From NCBI GenBank assembly GCA_965637545.1, contig OZ281495.1, forward strand, positions 5,642,001 through 5,706,000: a stretch of 64,000 nt of DNA, given 5' to 3'. The stretch's first letter is position 1. Each line of letters starts with the position of its first letter. Below are positions 1-9,348 of the stretch, in pieces. Made by a program: the position numbers and the translations under genes. This DNA comes from Phallusia mammillata (taxonomy: Eukaryota). The notes beneath the pieces were generated by a model. That model had not been told where the DNA came from, did not search any database, and worked only from the letters and a program-made list of their open reading frames with translations.

Positions 1-371
1 ACTTTATTGTAATCATGAGGGCACTTTTAAACAAAATCATCTCAGGTTACTGTCATTTTTTTGCAATATTTAAGGACACTCTTTATGCATGCATTTGTGT
101 AAGGTATACTATGTGTCACTAAACTGGTAAAAATGACCCTTTACTTGATTTCTAAATGCACATACATATTGTGAAACAAAGTTAAGCCCATCTTGTAATG
201 ACAATAAATTTTAAAATTATTTGTATTCTGTTTTTTAACCACTCTTTTGTTGTTAGTTTGTTGCTTGCCAAGCATTTTATGGCAAAGTTTCAACAGTGAA
301 AGGCCTTTTACATAACACCGAAAATTGGGAGTAAAATAGATAAAAGGACTCTTGTCTAGCAGTGTAAAATT

Positions 372-1860
372 GTGTTGCATTCGGTTTGTATTAAATCACC
401 TCATTTTCTGTCTGATGGTTACTTGGCAACTAATGAAAAATTTGATGAAGTTAAATTTGCTTGTCAAACACAACATATGTTGGTTTATGTTTCTCCAGTT
501 ATAATATTGTTGCAACAAGTCTATGCTACCAATTTACAGCACAGTGGGGCATTCTTACTTTTTGTAGCCTCAAGTACAGTTACTCTGTTACAATTAACTT
601 GTCACCTAAGTCCTGCATTAATGACACTGTCTTTGAGGTTTTGGTTTGCGTCCCATATGCTTGACTTGTCTGAAAAATAATGGCCACCTGTAATAATTTT
701 TTTAAAGTAACAAATGTTATTGTTTTTGTAGAATCTTAAATTTTTGAATTAGGAGTTTCGAACAGAACTTACCTTGACCAATTACACACTTAACATACGT
801 AAAAAACTATTTTGTTTTAATTTTTTAGGGCAGAAGTTGTATCCCCTACTGTTACAAAAGCCTTTCTCACTTTTCCAGCAGTTACAAACAGATTTCAAAG
901 CTTGTTGTGTGTTGTTTGTGTCTTAATCCAAAATATGGATATTATCCTCAAAATTGTTACATCAAACATAACAACTTCACCTTGTGGACTGGGTTGCAAA
1001 GGAATATTCTCATGTGCGATGGGCTATTCTGGAAGTGGAGTGGGAACTTGTCAAAACAATGCAATGTGGAATATTGGCACATCTATCTGTCATCAAAGTA
1101 AGTTGTTGTTATGTTTAATGAATTCTATAAGCCAAACATTGCCTTGATGCTTTACACTGAAACCATGACACCAATCTGACATCACTTTGGTTCTCAAGCA
1201 GTTGCTCAACCATTGTGAGCCAGTTTCCTCTGTGGTGTAATCGAACAGAATAGGTGAGGCATGGCATTAAGCCTGCCAACTGTTGTGTCTTTGGATGGCT
1301 ATGCTAGCCCATATGGTCATATCTTGTCACCACCTGCACTCATGGGACCTTACAGGTCGAATGCGGTCAGTGTTGTGTAATTTTGGTGCCCAACAATATT
1401 AATCCAATGAGTTTGCAGTTCAGGTACAAGTTTTTATACATCAGTATTTGTAAATAAAAGCTGGTAATTTTCTCGGTAATAAAATGTTGTATAGTTCAAA
1501 TTTTGTTTTGGCTGCTGCGCTGCAGTGTTAATTATAGATCGATAATTTATAGTACATTTTTGCCAATTTGTCTGTGTGTTGCATTTCAACATTGCTTTGT
1601 GTGGTTCAGCAAGATAACAAGTATGTTGATGATAAGATTGCCAATTTGATGTTCAATGGCCAAAAAAGTGTGATTGTGTATAGTTGCAACCCTAAATTTT
1701 GAAAGCACGACACAGCATAAACTGGTACCACAAGTGCAAATACTCCTGTCATCACCAGTACAAGTTTTGTTACAAGCCACATCACAACGAAAGCCACCAC
1801 TGGTGCTTGTAAACAGTTAAATCTTCTTGCTTAAAAACAAAAAGAGTAATGTTCGTAAGT
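372..1860 (+). pseudogene. Decayed sushi/CCP-repeat receptor gene fragment (paralog-like to the 39.7-45.4 kb gene)
   Basis: Exon-like segments encode sushi-like motifs: CIKSPHFLSDGY..VKFAC / (frameshift) IVATSLCYQFTAQWGILTFCS (~385-570); FSCAMGYSGSGVGTCQNNAMWNIGTSIC ending at a GTAAGT donor (~1100); TTCTHGTLQVEC (~1330); and a Thr-rich stalk TGTTSANTPVITSTSFVTSHITTKATTG (~1720-1805). Frameshifts and in-frame stops are present. Confidence 0.5.
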
Positions 1861-2189
1861 ACGTACATGAGCAACCACGCGTTTTACTGATACTGTTGTT
1901 AGTACTAGTGACTGAACTTCTATTGTTGACTTAGGTATCATTGACCACTTTTTGCTTCACTGGACATTAATTTAAACCAAATACAAATTGCTACATACTT
2001 TCAAACTTCATTTATCAGATGTTTTCTGTCCAGCTTTTTTTGTGAATAAAAAATGGTCTTGTTGTTTGCATCTTCATAATTGGTGTTTTTTAAGTATAAA
2101 TTTTGGTTTTTAGCTCGTTTTAATAAACCTACTACCTTAAGTTCTTGTGTAAAACAAATAGTAATATTCGGTTACTTGTTTTGCAGTTA

Positions 2190-3440
2190 CCGTAATTTTC
2201 CGTGTATAATGCGCAAAATTTAATTAATTTACCGTATTTTACGGACCATAAAGCGCACCCGATTATAAGGCACACTGTCAATAAATTGCTTTGATTAGTA
2301 TTTTGTTCATACATAAGGCGCACCGGACTATAGAACGCAACGTATTTTAAGGAGTATGGGTTACCGTATAAAGCTCATTAAAGTTCTGAATATCACAGTT
2401 GCTAGTTGCCTTTACCGCAGTTTATTGTGTAAGACGGTGGTTTGTTTATATAATAATAGTATCGGTACTGGTTTTGAGTGTAGCCTAGGCAATTAAGCAC
2501 TACTTGATTCATACATTAGGCTTATAAGGCGCACAATCAATTTTTGAGGAAAAAAAAGGATTTGAATTGCGCCTTATGGTCCGTAAAATACTGTATTGTC
2601 CTACAATCTGGGGTGCGCATTATGCATGGGTACAACAATTTTTGAAGAAAATCTCCCTCAAAATAAAAGTGGAAATCACACCTTTCTTCTTGTTTGCTGT
2701 CAATCGTGCATCACATTCAGCCATCCTGCCCAACACAGTTAGTCAGAAAAATTCATAATTGACGACACATCGTTAGATGTGATGGTGCAATCCTTGATGG
2801 TGTGTTGTTGTCAAATATTGTTTGTTTTTCAATCTCCATCGCAAACCGGATATCATGTTGAGGGCACCATTACAGTACTAGTTTAAAACTCGACAACTAT
2901 ATGGCACTAGATATTTGAACTCTGCGAAGGAACTTGAGATCTGATGCACAGGACGGATGCGCAAGACATGTTCGCTGTATGAAGAGCAAGAGTTCAGTTC
3001 TCTACCTATTAGTTTCAAGTTTAATTAGCAGTTTCACAGTTTAATTCAAGTTTAATTAGCAGTTTCACAGTTTAATTAGCAGTTTCATCAAGATGGCTGC
3101 AGTTCACTTCAAACACGCCCCACACAAACACAATGCTCTCGTATCAGACGCTTGCTCAATCACCTACTCGTTTGCTGTCATAATGTACCACACACAAATC
3201 CGAAACCTTTCTTCGCTATCGAGTTTGCTAATGCATGTGCAGTGATACTGACCGGCAGAATAAAATCCGGTTGTTCCCAAAGATGCTCTTTTTTCTGAAA
3301 TAATTTTACGTTTACTGACTTAAGTAAGAGTCAAAGTTTAGGTGCGCATTATACATGGGTACAGGCTTTTTTCCAGCATCGACATGCCATTTTTAGGGTG
3401 CGTATTATGCATGGGGTGCATTATGCATGGAAAATTACGG
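2190..3440. mobile_element. pogo/Tc2-like non-autonomous DNA transposon (MITE)
   Basis: Terminal inverted repeats CCGTAATTTTCC(G/A)TG(T/C)ATAATGC at 2190 and 3440, flanked by TA on both sides; subterminal GGTGCGCATTAT(G/A)CATGG repeats. Confidence 0.75.
2232..2593. mobile_element. Second pogo/Tc2-like MITE nested in the previous element
   Basis: TIRs C(C/A)GTATTTTACGGACCATAA(A/G)GCGCA at 2232 and 2593, TA on both sides; internal ATAAGGCGCAC repeats. Confidence 0.75.
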
Positions 3441-3461
3441 TACAACAACAATGCCTCAAGC

Positions 3462-4019
3462 ATCAACTACTAGAGGTGGAATTTCGGGTGGGCTATTATG
3501 AAACTAAATTAAATAAACAAGTGGAATTATTGTGATCCTAAATTTTGGAAATAAATTTTAATTTGACATCCTACTTTGTTTCTGTTGATAACCCCACTAT
3601 TTACCCCGCTAGCCCCCTAAAATGTTTTTTTCACCCAAAGTTTGTCCGACTCGTTTTTCCATCAAATGTATGATGGATTTGGGTGAAATTTGCACAGATG
3701 GTAGATATAGTTATGTAGATGTGCATCCCACTTTGTTTGTGTTGATAGCCCCAGTACTTACCCCGCTAGCCCCCTAAAATGTTTTTTTGCCCTGCAAAGT
3801 TTGTCCGACTCGTTTTGCCATCAAATGTTTAATGGATTCGGATGAAACTTACACATATGGTAAAGATAGTTATGTAGATGTGATCCCACTTTCTAAGGTT
3901 ATAAAAGACGCTGGATAATGTGGGGCCCAATATAAAATAAGCAGAGGAAATATGTGAATGTTTTAAAATAGGTTATAGTGTATAGGCAATGACAAAATGT
4001 GCTAAGCCACCCTTCTAGT
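3462..4019. mobile_element. Interspersed repeat family copy 1 (candidate non-autonomous Helitron/Helentron) with two ~155-bp internal tandem units (3568-3885)
   Basis: Ends GCTAAGCCACCCTTCTAG|T (4000-4019), the reverse complement of ACTAGAAGGGTGGCTTAGC seen at 18441, 22919 and 26008; palindromic CC(A/T)CTAG(A/T)GG near the opposite end. Confidence 0.5.
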
Positions 4020-4109
4020 TATTAAACAAGAAACAGCACACTATGCAGATATATCAATTCTGAATGCAAATAAATGAAAAATCATAGTGTTAGTCTATGT
4101 TATATTTAA

Positions 4110-4132
4110 CAAGTCAAGTCAAGTCAAGTCAA
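4110..4132 (-). repeat. (GACTT)n microsatellite 3' tail of the LINE
   Basis: Plus strand reads CAAGT x4 + CAA, just past an AATAAA on the minus strand; short-repeat tails are typical of CR1/L2-group LINEs. Confidence 0.85.
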
Positions 4133-4195
4133 ATTTTTATTTGCATAGTCACTTCATCATTACAGTTCCATTGTTGAACGGATACGTAAACAGCA

Positions 4196-4236
4196 AGGAC
4201 ACCGAAAAAACCGTAGGTTATCGAGTCAAGTGTCCT
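4196..4236 (-). other. LINE 3'-terminal stem-loop (putative RT recognition element)
   Basis: AGGACAC (4196-4202) pairs with GTGTCCT (4230-4236), enclosing TTGACTCGATAACCTACGGTTTTTTCG on the minus strand. Confidence 0.65.
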
Positions 4237-4237
4237 G

Positions 4238-4489
4238 TTATTTGAATTGTGGTTGAATTCCGTTTTGGGTATGTCCTGCCGTAGGATCGCAACCGACCGC
4301 ACGAACCTGGCGGGGTACGTCCGGTTGCATAAGACGGTGTTTGAACCCGCAGGTTCTGCTGGCCAAATGAAACCCGCCTAAACGGAAACACCAGCTCGGT
4401 TCCTCGGAACGTTTCCTGTGATCCCGTAGGCAGACCCGGGTGTCCCGAGGACAGTTCGTTGCGACGATGAAACTGTTGTCGTCGAGCAT
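4238..4489 (-). CDS. Putative LINE ORF3, 83 aa (frame open from a splice acceptor at 4580), with two CCCH-like Cys/His clusters
   Basis: GC-rich island between the ORF2 stop and the 3' stem-loop; GTTTTTTCAG|A acceptor at 4581/4580, 30 in-frame codons before the ATG; motifs CPRDTRVCLRDH and CFRLGGFHLASRTCGFKH. Confidence 0.45.
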   Translation of the reverse strand: MLDDNSFIVATNCPRDTRVCLRDHRKRSEEPSWCFRLGGFHLASRTCGFKHRLMQPDVPRQVRAVGCDPTAGHTQNGIQPQFK

Positions 4490-4750
4490 CTCCTCCTCTG
4501 CTTTTGTAAGATCGATCTCGAGATCTCTGATGTTGTTCGCTGGGGAAGGTGCTGCACTGTCTTCGACCCGGATGGCTGATCTGAAAAAACCGAATCCTAC
4601 GGCAGTATTTTGTTCTTTTTATGTGACCAAGTTATCCAGTTTAATGATGTAATAGTATGGAATAAAAAGTCAAAAAGTAAAATCACACTAAGATAAAACT
4701 GAAACACACACAAAAAAAACACGAAAGAAAAAAAGTGAAAACTGTGGTAG

Positions 4751-7700
4751 TTATGACGTAGGAGAACAAGCTGTATTATATGAATTCTGGTATAGGCGAG
4801 GACAGGAAAGTGAAATAATTGTTGAGGGGTGATATTGCCTTAATAAATACAAGCGAAGCTGTTTCTTAAAAGAGGACAAGCGTGACAGAGACTTAATATC
4901 GCGTGGTAAGTCTTCCCATACTTTTGGACCTCGATGACAAATTGATCTTGTGCCGAACGCGGTGTTTACGCGTGGATGAAAGTAGTTCTGGTTTTCAGCC
5001 CTTCGGGTGTTGTAATGGTGTACTGACGTAATAGGTGTGAAAAGGGAGTTGTATGTGGAAGGTAGTGCACCAGTATGAAACGAATGCAGCAGTTTGGCTA
5101 CTTCAAGTTTGTAAATGTCTTTAAATTTTAGAAGACGCAAATCATGATATAGTGGAGTAGCGCGACATCGGTAAGGGCTGCGAGTAATAGCTCGCAAAAT
5201 TTTGTTATGTTTGATGTTAAGGGTTTTAATTGATGCAGCGTATCCGCTACCCCACGCCGCGATCGCATATTGCAGATAGGGGTACGCAAAAGAGTAATAA
5301 ATAATACGGAGAAACTGTTGTCCAAAGTAGTCACGCAGCTTGTACATGATACCGCAGGCTTGTGCTAGTTTTCGTTCCACATGAGCTATGTGTTTCTCCC
5401 ATTTTAACTGATCGTCGATATAAACTCCCAGGTATTTTGTTTCTGTTGATCGCTGTATTTGCTGAGATCCTATGGAAATCGAAAACTGCTGCGTGTTTAA
5501 GCGCTTGGAAGGACAAAACAGTAAATACGTTGTTTTACTCGTATTAAGAGATAGTTTGTTGTGGCGCATCCAGTTGTCGACATAAACGAGTTCCTTGTTT
5601 ACGTTGGCCTGTAGATCAGTCAGAGACTCTGATGACATGCTTAAACACGTGTCATCCGCAAAGAGTTTCGTTGTGAATTTAGATGCCGTTGGTAAATCGT
5701 TTATGTAAAGCGAAAAGAATAAAGGAGCCAGTGACGAACCTTGAGGGCAGCCACAGGTAACGTTTAGCAGTTTTGATGTTACGTTTTCTATGCGTGTGCA
5801 TTGTTTGCGGTGACTTAAATAGCTACGGAACATTTCTAAGGGGCTTCCCCGTATTCCGTACTGATGCTCCAACCTCCACAACAAAACCCTGTGATCGACT
5901 GTGTCAAACGCTTTTGATAAGTCTAGGAAAATAGCACATGTATATTTCTTCTGGTCAAGGGCGGCTAACACTCTTTCATGTATGTCATAAATTGCCAGGG
6001 ATGTGGACCGATTGCATCGAAAACCATACTGGTGAGTTGTTAACATTCCATTTTTTTCAACGTAGTTGTACAGACGTTGATATATAATTTTTTCAAAAAT
6101 CTTAGCGAAAGGGGACAGTAATGAAATTGGTCTGTAGTTAGTGCATTCAACTTGTGAACCTGTTTTATGAATTGGTATTACTTCCGCAATTTTAAGTTCA
6201 GTGGGGTATTCCCCATGCTGTATACACCAGTTAAAAGTCTCTGAAAGCAAAGGTGAAATAATGCTTTTGACCATTTTGATGTATTTGATAGGAATTTCAT
6301 GACTGGGCACAGACTTGCAACTGTCAAGAGTGGATATATACATTTCCACCTCATCTGGGGTAGTGTCATAGAAGAAGAAGGATGATGGCTTTGTTGTGAG
6401 GGAAATATCGGGTGGTGGCATTACTGGCTGTGGAATGGATGATGCCATATTTGCTCCTATGTTGGCAAAGAACTGGTTAAATTTGCTGGCCACAGTGATT
6501 GGGTCAGTAGTGCAATGTGCAGTACCATCTAGTTTTAGTTCAGTTGGAGCTTTGTGTAAAGTTTGTTTTCGGGACAACAATCTATTGATGATTTTCCACA
6601 TTTCACCAATATCATTTCTATGATCTGTTAGTTCTTTTTCAATATACCTGTGCTTAGCATCTCGTAAAATGTGATTAAGCTTGTTACGGTACTGTTTATA
6701 TTGGTTGTATTTACTTGTACTTGAGAAGCCTGACTTACATAATGCATGGTACATTTTATTTTTTATTTTGATTGACTTATAAATTCCCTTGCTTATCCAA
6801 GGTTTTTTGGCCAATTTCCTTCTTCTTCTAGTCATTGTGGTTAATGGTGCATGTCGTTCCAGTATTTCGTGGAATAAATGATTAAATGAAGTGAATTTAT
6901 GCAATATGGTTTCACTTGGTAGTGGTATGTTGCTAACAGCATCTTTAATGTCTGAAATAAAATCTTCACTGCAAAATGAGGTCTCATTTCTGCTTAAGAG
7001 TTTTTCTGTTCTATCACCACAAGTTGAATGCAATAACACAAAGACAGGAAGATGGTCTGAAATGTCTACAGTCAGTATTCCTGATTTGCAGGTAATATTT
7101 TGATTGTTGGTATAAAAATGGTCAAGGAGTGTTTGGCTATGGTTTGTTATACGTGTGGGTTGACATATTAATGATGATAGACCATAAATTTCCATAGAAT
7201 CTAAAAAGTTTTGAATGCCTTTTGCTTCCTTGTGCTGCATGAGGTCTATGTTGAAATCACCACATAAATAAACAGTTTGGTTGGCATCATTTAGTTTATG
7301 CAATGTAGATGATAGTGCATCCTGGAACACTTCAAATGAATGCTTTGGATGTCTGTATATTACTCCCAAAATAACATTTTTGTTTTTCAATTTAAGTTGG
7401 ACCCAAAGACTTTCAGTATCTGGGACAGTAATTTCCAAGTCTGGTCTTATACTATATGCAACATGTGATTTTATATATACTCCAACTCCTCCGGCACTAT
7501 GGGGAGTATCAGTGTGATGAAAGTTATATCCCATAATATCAGCATCAGTGCTTATGCCATTAAGGGTTATTCTAGTCTCAGTTATCATAACAATGTCAGG
7601 GGATCTGACCATATCAGACAGGAATAGTTCTAAGGCAGGTTTATTTTTTCTTAGGCTTCGAATATTTGTGTGCAATATATACATATCTTTGTTGCTATGT

Positions 7701-7921
7701 TGCTTCAGAGTACAGTTCAAGGATGCACAATCATAGTAGTCTGAATGGCTGTGACTAATGTTTGCTAGTAAACAGGGTGGATGTGTAGTTTTATTGGGTG
7801 AAATTACATGTACTAGCTCTAAGTTACTGATATTGCTGAAGGGTAAATTGGACAATAGGCATCGGGTACAAAAGTATGGGTTGTTGCTGTTGAGATCACT
7901 TGCGCATTTGTTACATTTCAT
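4751..7921 (-). CDS. LINE ORF2: apurinic-like endonuclease + reverse transcriptase (1056 aa, intact)
   Basis: APE motifs NIRSL, ITET, GGVGVY, VIYRHP, GDFNID, LLDH, SDHLPV; RT motifs NYRPISLL, FLDLSKAFDTVDH, GCPQGSSLAPLFF, FADD, KYLGV; N-terminal CxxC PHD-like remnant. Confidence 0.97.
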   Translation of the reverse strand: MKCNKCASDLNSNNPYFCTRCLLSNLPFSNISNLELVHVISPNKTTHPPCLLANISHSHSDYYDCASLNCTLKQHSNKDMYILHTNIRSLRKNKPALELFLSDMVRSPDIVMITETRITLNGISTDADIMGYNFHHTDTPHSAGGVGVYIKSHVAYSIRPDLEITVPDTESLWVQLKLKNKNVILGVIYRHPKHSFEVFQDALSSTLHKLNDANQTVYLCGDFNIDLMQHKEAKGIQNFLDSMEIYGLSSLICQPTRITNHSQTLLDHFYTNNQNITCKSGILTVDISDHLPVFVLLHSTCGDRTEKLLSRNETSFCSEDFISDIKDAVSNIPLPSETILHKFTSFNHLFHEILERHAPLTTMTRRRRKLAKKPWISKGIYKSIKIKNKMYHALCKSGFSSTSKYNQYKQYRNKLNHILRDAKHRYIEKELTDHRNDIGEMWKIINRLLSRKQTLHKAPTELKLDGTAHCTTDPITVASKFNQFFANIGANMASSIPQPVMPPPDISLTTKPSSFFFYDTTPDEVEMYISTLDSCKSVPSHEIPIKYIKMVKSIISPLLSETFNWCIQHGEYPTELKIAEVIPIHKTGSQVECTNYRPISLLSPFAKIFEKIIYQRLYNYVEKNGMLTTHQYGFRCNRSTSLAIYDIHERVLAALDQKKYTCAIFLDLSKAFDTVDHRVLLWRLEHQYGIRGSPLEMFRSYLSHRKQCTRIENVTSKLLNVTCGCPQGSSLAPLFFSLYINDLPTASKFTTKLFADDTCLSMSSESLTDLQANVNKELVYVDNWMRHNKLSLNTSKTTYLLFCPSKRLNTQQFSISIGSQQIQRSTETKYLGVYIDDQLKWEKHIAHVERKLAQACGIMYKLRDYFGQQFLRIIYYSFAYPYLQYAIAAWGSGYAASIKTLNIKHNKILRAITRSPYRCRATPLYHDLRLLKFKDIYKLEVAKLLHSFHTGALPSTYNSLFTPITSVHHYNTRRAENQNYFHPRVNTAFGTRSICHRGPKVWEDLPRDIKSLSRLSSFKKQLRLYLLRQYHPSTIISLSCPRLYQNSYNTACSPTS

Positions 7922-7961
7922 GTGAGAAAAGGATTAAGGAATTTTGTAGATTAAACTGCAA

Positions 7962-8738
7962 CTATTGTAAATAAATCTTATGCCTTACCAAGTCTTTGTC
8001 ACTCCGGATGGCTATGATGTTACTGTCGTCATCCTTCTTCAAGAATGTCACTCCGTTTCTTGTCCAAATGTGGTTGAAGTGTTGCTCCCTCTTGAACCGG
8101 AGACAGTTATTAAATCTCTCCCTGTTCTTCTTTGTCAGGCTCTCATTAATAAAGATTTGATTGACCGGGGCTACACCTTTGTTGGAATGTTTTAATTTGT
8201 ACTGGTTAGAGTATATTGCATCCCTCACTTTCCGGCTCATAAACTTAGCTATGATTGCTGGACGGGGATGATCTTTAGTAGATCTCCTTAGTCGGTGCGA
8301 GATGCTTATGTCAGGTTTGGAGATGGTGATTCCTAACCTCTTTACTGCAGAGATGACTAAATCATCTGTGCACTCATTTTCCAAATATGGCAGTCCCTTA
8401 AACTCCAAGCACGGTCTCCGACCATATTGCTCGAGATCATTTAGGTTCTCGGCATTGGAGGTGGCTTGCGCCTGTAGATCTTTAACAGCTTTTTTTAGTT
8501 CCTTATTTTCAGTTTTTAAGATTTTCATTTCAGCTTCGTTTTTTACCAGCTGAGTTTTAACATTTTCATATTGATCTTGCAAGAATTTTTGGCTCTTGCG
8601 GATCTCCCTTAGCTCGTTGATCAGTTCTTTTAGGGTTGAGTCAGTGGAGGTTTTACTCTCCCGAACCTCATCCCTCAGGGATTCTATCTTCTCAAGAACC
8701 AAAGATTGTTCTTCCTTCTTTTTCTTTAATTGAGACAT
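7962..8738 (-). CDS. LINE ORF1 (coiled coil + RRM-like/CTD, L1-ORF1-type), 258 aa
   Basis: Heptad-rich N-terminus then LEQYGRR..LEFKGLP, DISISHRL, IIAKF, IFINESLT, WTRNG; lies 40 nt upstream of ORF2. Confidence 0.92.
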   Translation of the reverse strand: MSQLKKKKEEQSLVLEKIESLRDEVRESKTSTDSTLKELINELREIRKSQKFLQDQYENVKTQLVKNEAEMKILKTENKELKKAVKDLQAQATSNAENLNDLEQYGRRPCLEFKGLPYLENECTDDLVISAVKRLGITISKPDISISHRLRRSTKDHPRPAIIAKFMSRKVRDAIYSNQYKLKHSNKGVAPVNQIFINESLTKKNRERFNNCLRFKREQHFNHIWTRNGVTFLKKDDDSNIIAIRSDKDLVRHKIYLQ

Positions 8739-8807
8739 ATTCCAAAGTTTTCACACAATATTTCAGCAGATCACTTTTTTGTATTTAAATAATGCTACCT
8801 AGGCAAC

Positions 8808-8823
8808 CTTATTCAAATAGAAT
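8808..8823 (-). other. Perfect copy of the ascidian (Ciona-type) 16-nt spliced leader ATTCTATTTGAATAAG at the LINE 5' terminus
   Basis: Plus strand CTTATTCAAATAGAAT; reverse complement is 16/16 identical to the known Ciona SL, 70 nt upstream of the ORF1 ATG and abutting the CAAG direct repeat. Confidence 0.85.
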
Positions 8824-9080
8824 CAAGGTTCTAGGCATGTCATTACAGAGGAAGTGGACACTATGTAAATGTATAACTCACTTAATAAATGTAAAATAGT
8901 TTGATCTAAAAAACAAACATATTATTATGTATAACTATGGTTATTTTATGTTTAGATTATAGCACACATTTTCAGAATGGCTGAGAATCAATTGGATAAA
9001 ATATTGCCTTAGATGGATTGAGTATTGATGCTTTTTTATGTTTGGTTAAACTTCTCTGTCTGCAATGAAGTCTCAATAAG

Positions 9081-9348
9081 TATGCGATAAGGAAAATATG
9101 CAAACACAACCATTTTCTTCTAATTATTCCCAAAATGGTAAGTTTCATCTATTGCATTAATCTCAGACAGTCACAAATTTGTTACCATTTAAATTTTCAT
9201 TTCAGCTTTTCAACTCAATTCATTGATCAATAAAAAACCCACTTTTCGAAGTGATGATTCACAGAAAAATGAGAACATTGGTTTGTTTGCTTCAAGGGAT
9301 AAGAAACAACAGCAGCAGCAGCTAGTTCAACAAGAATCACTTTACTAA
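9081..9348 (+). CDS. Possible last two coding exons (9081-9137, 9206-9348) of an unidentified gene
   Basis: Phase-compatible GTAAGT donor and TTTCAG acceptor give ...CDKENMQTQPFSSNYSQNAFQLNSLINKKPTFRSDDSQKNENIGLFASRDKKQQQQQLVQQESLY*; no domain recognised. Confidence 0.3.

Larger units (their letters stand above)
4110..8823 (-). mobile_element. Full-length non-LTR retrotransposon (LINE), CR1/L2 group, Crack-like
   Basis: Intact ORF1 and ORF2; 3' stem-loop (4196-4236); AATAAA then a (TTGAC)n tail ending at 4110; CAAG directly repeated at 4110-4113 and 8824-8827 (4-bp TSD or tail microhomology). Confidence 0.95.

Noticed and set aside
8760-8823. SL-RNA gene
   Set aside because: GT follows the leader, but no Sm-type site or short snRNA body is evident; the sequence runs straight into the LINE 5' UTR and ORF1.
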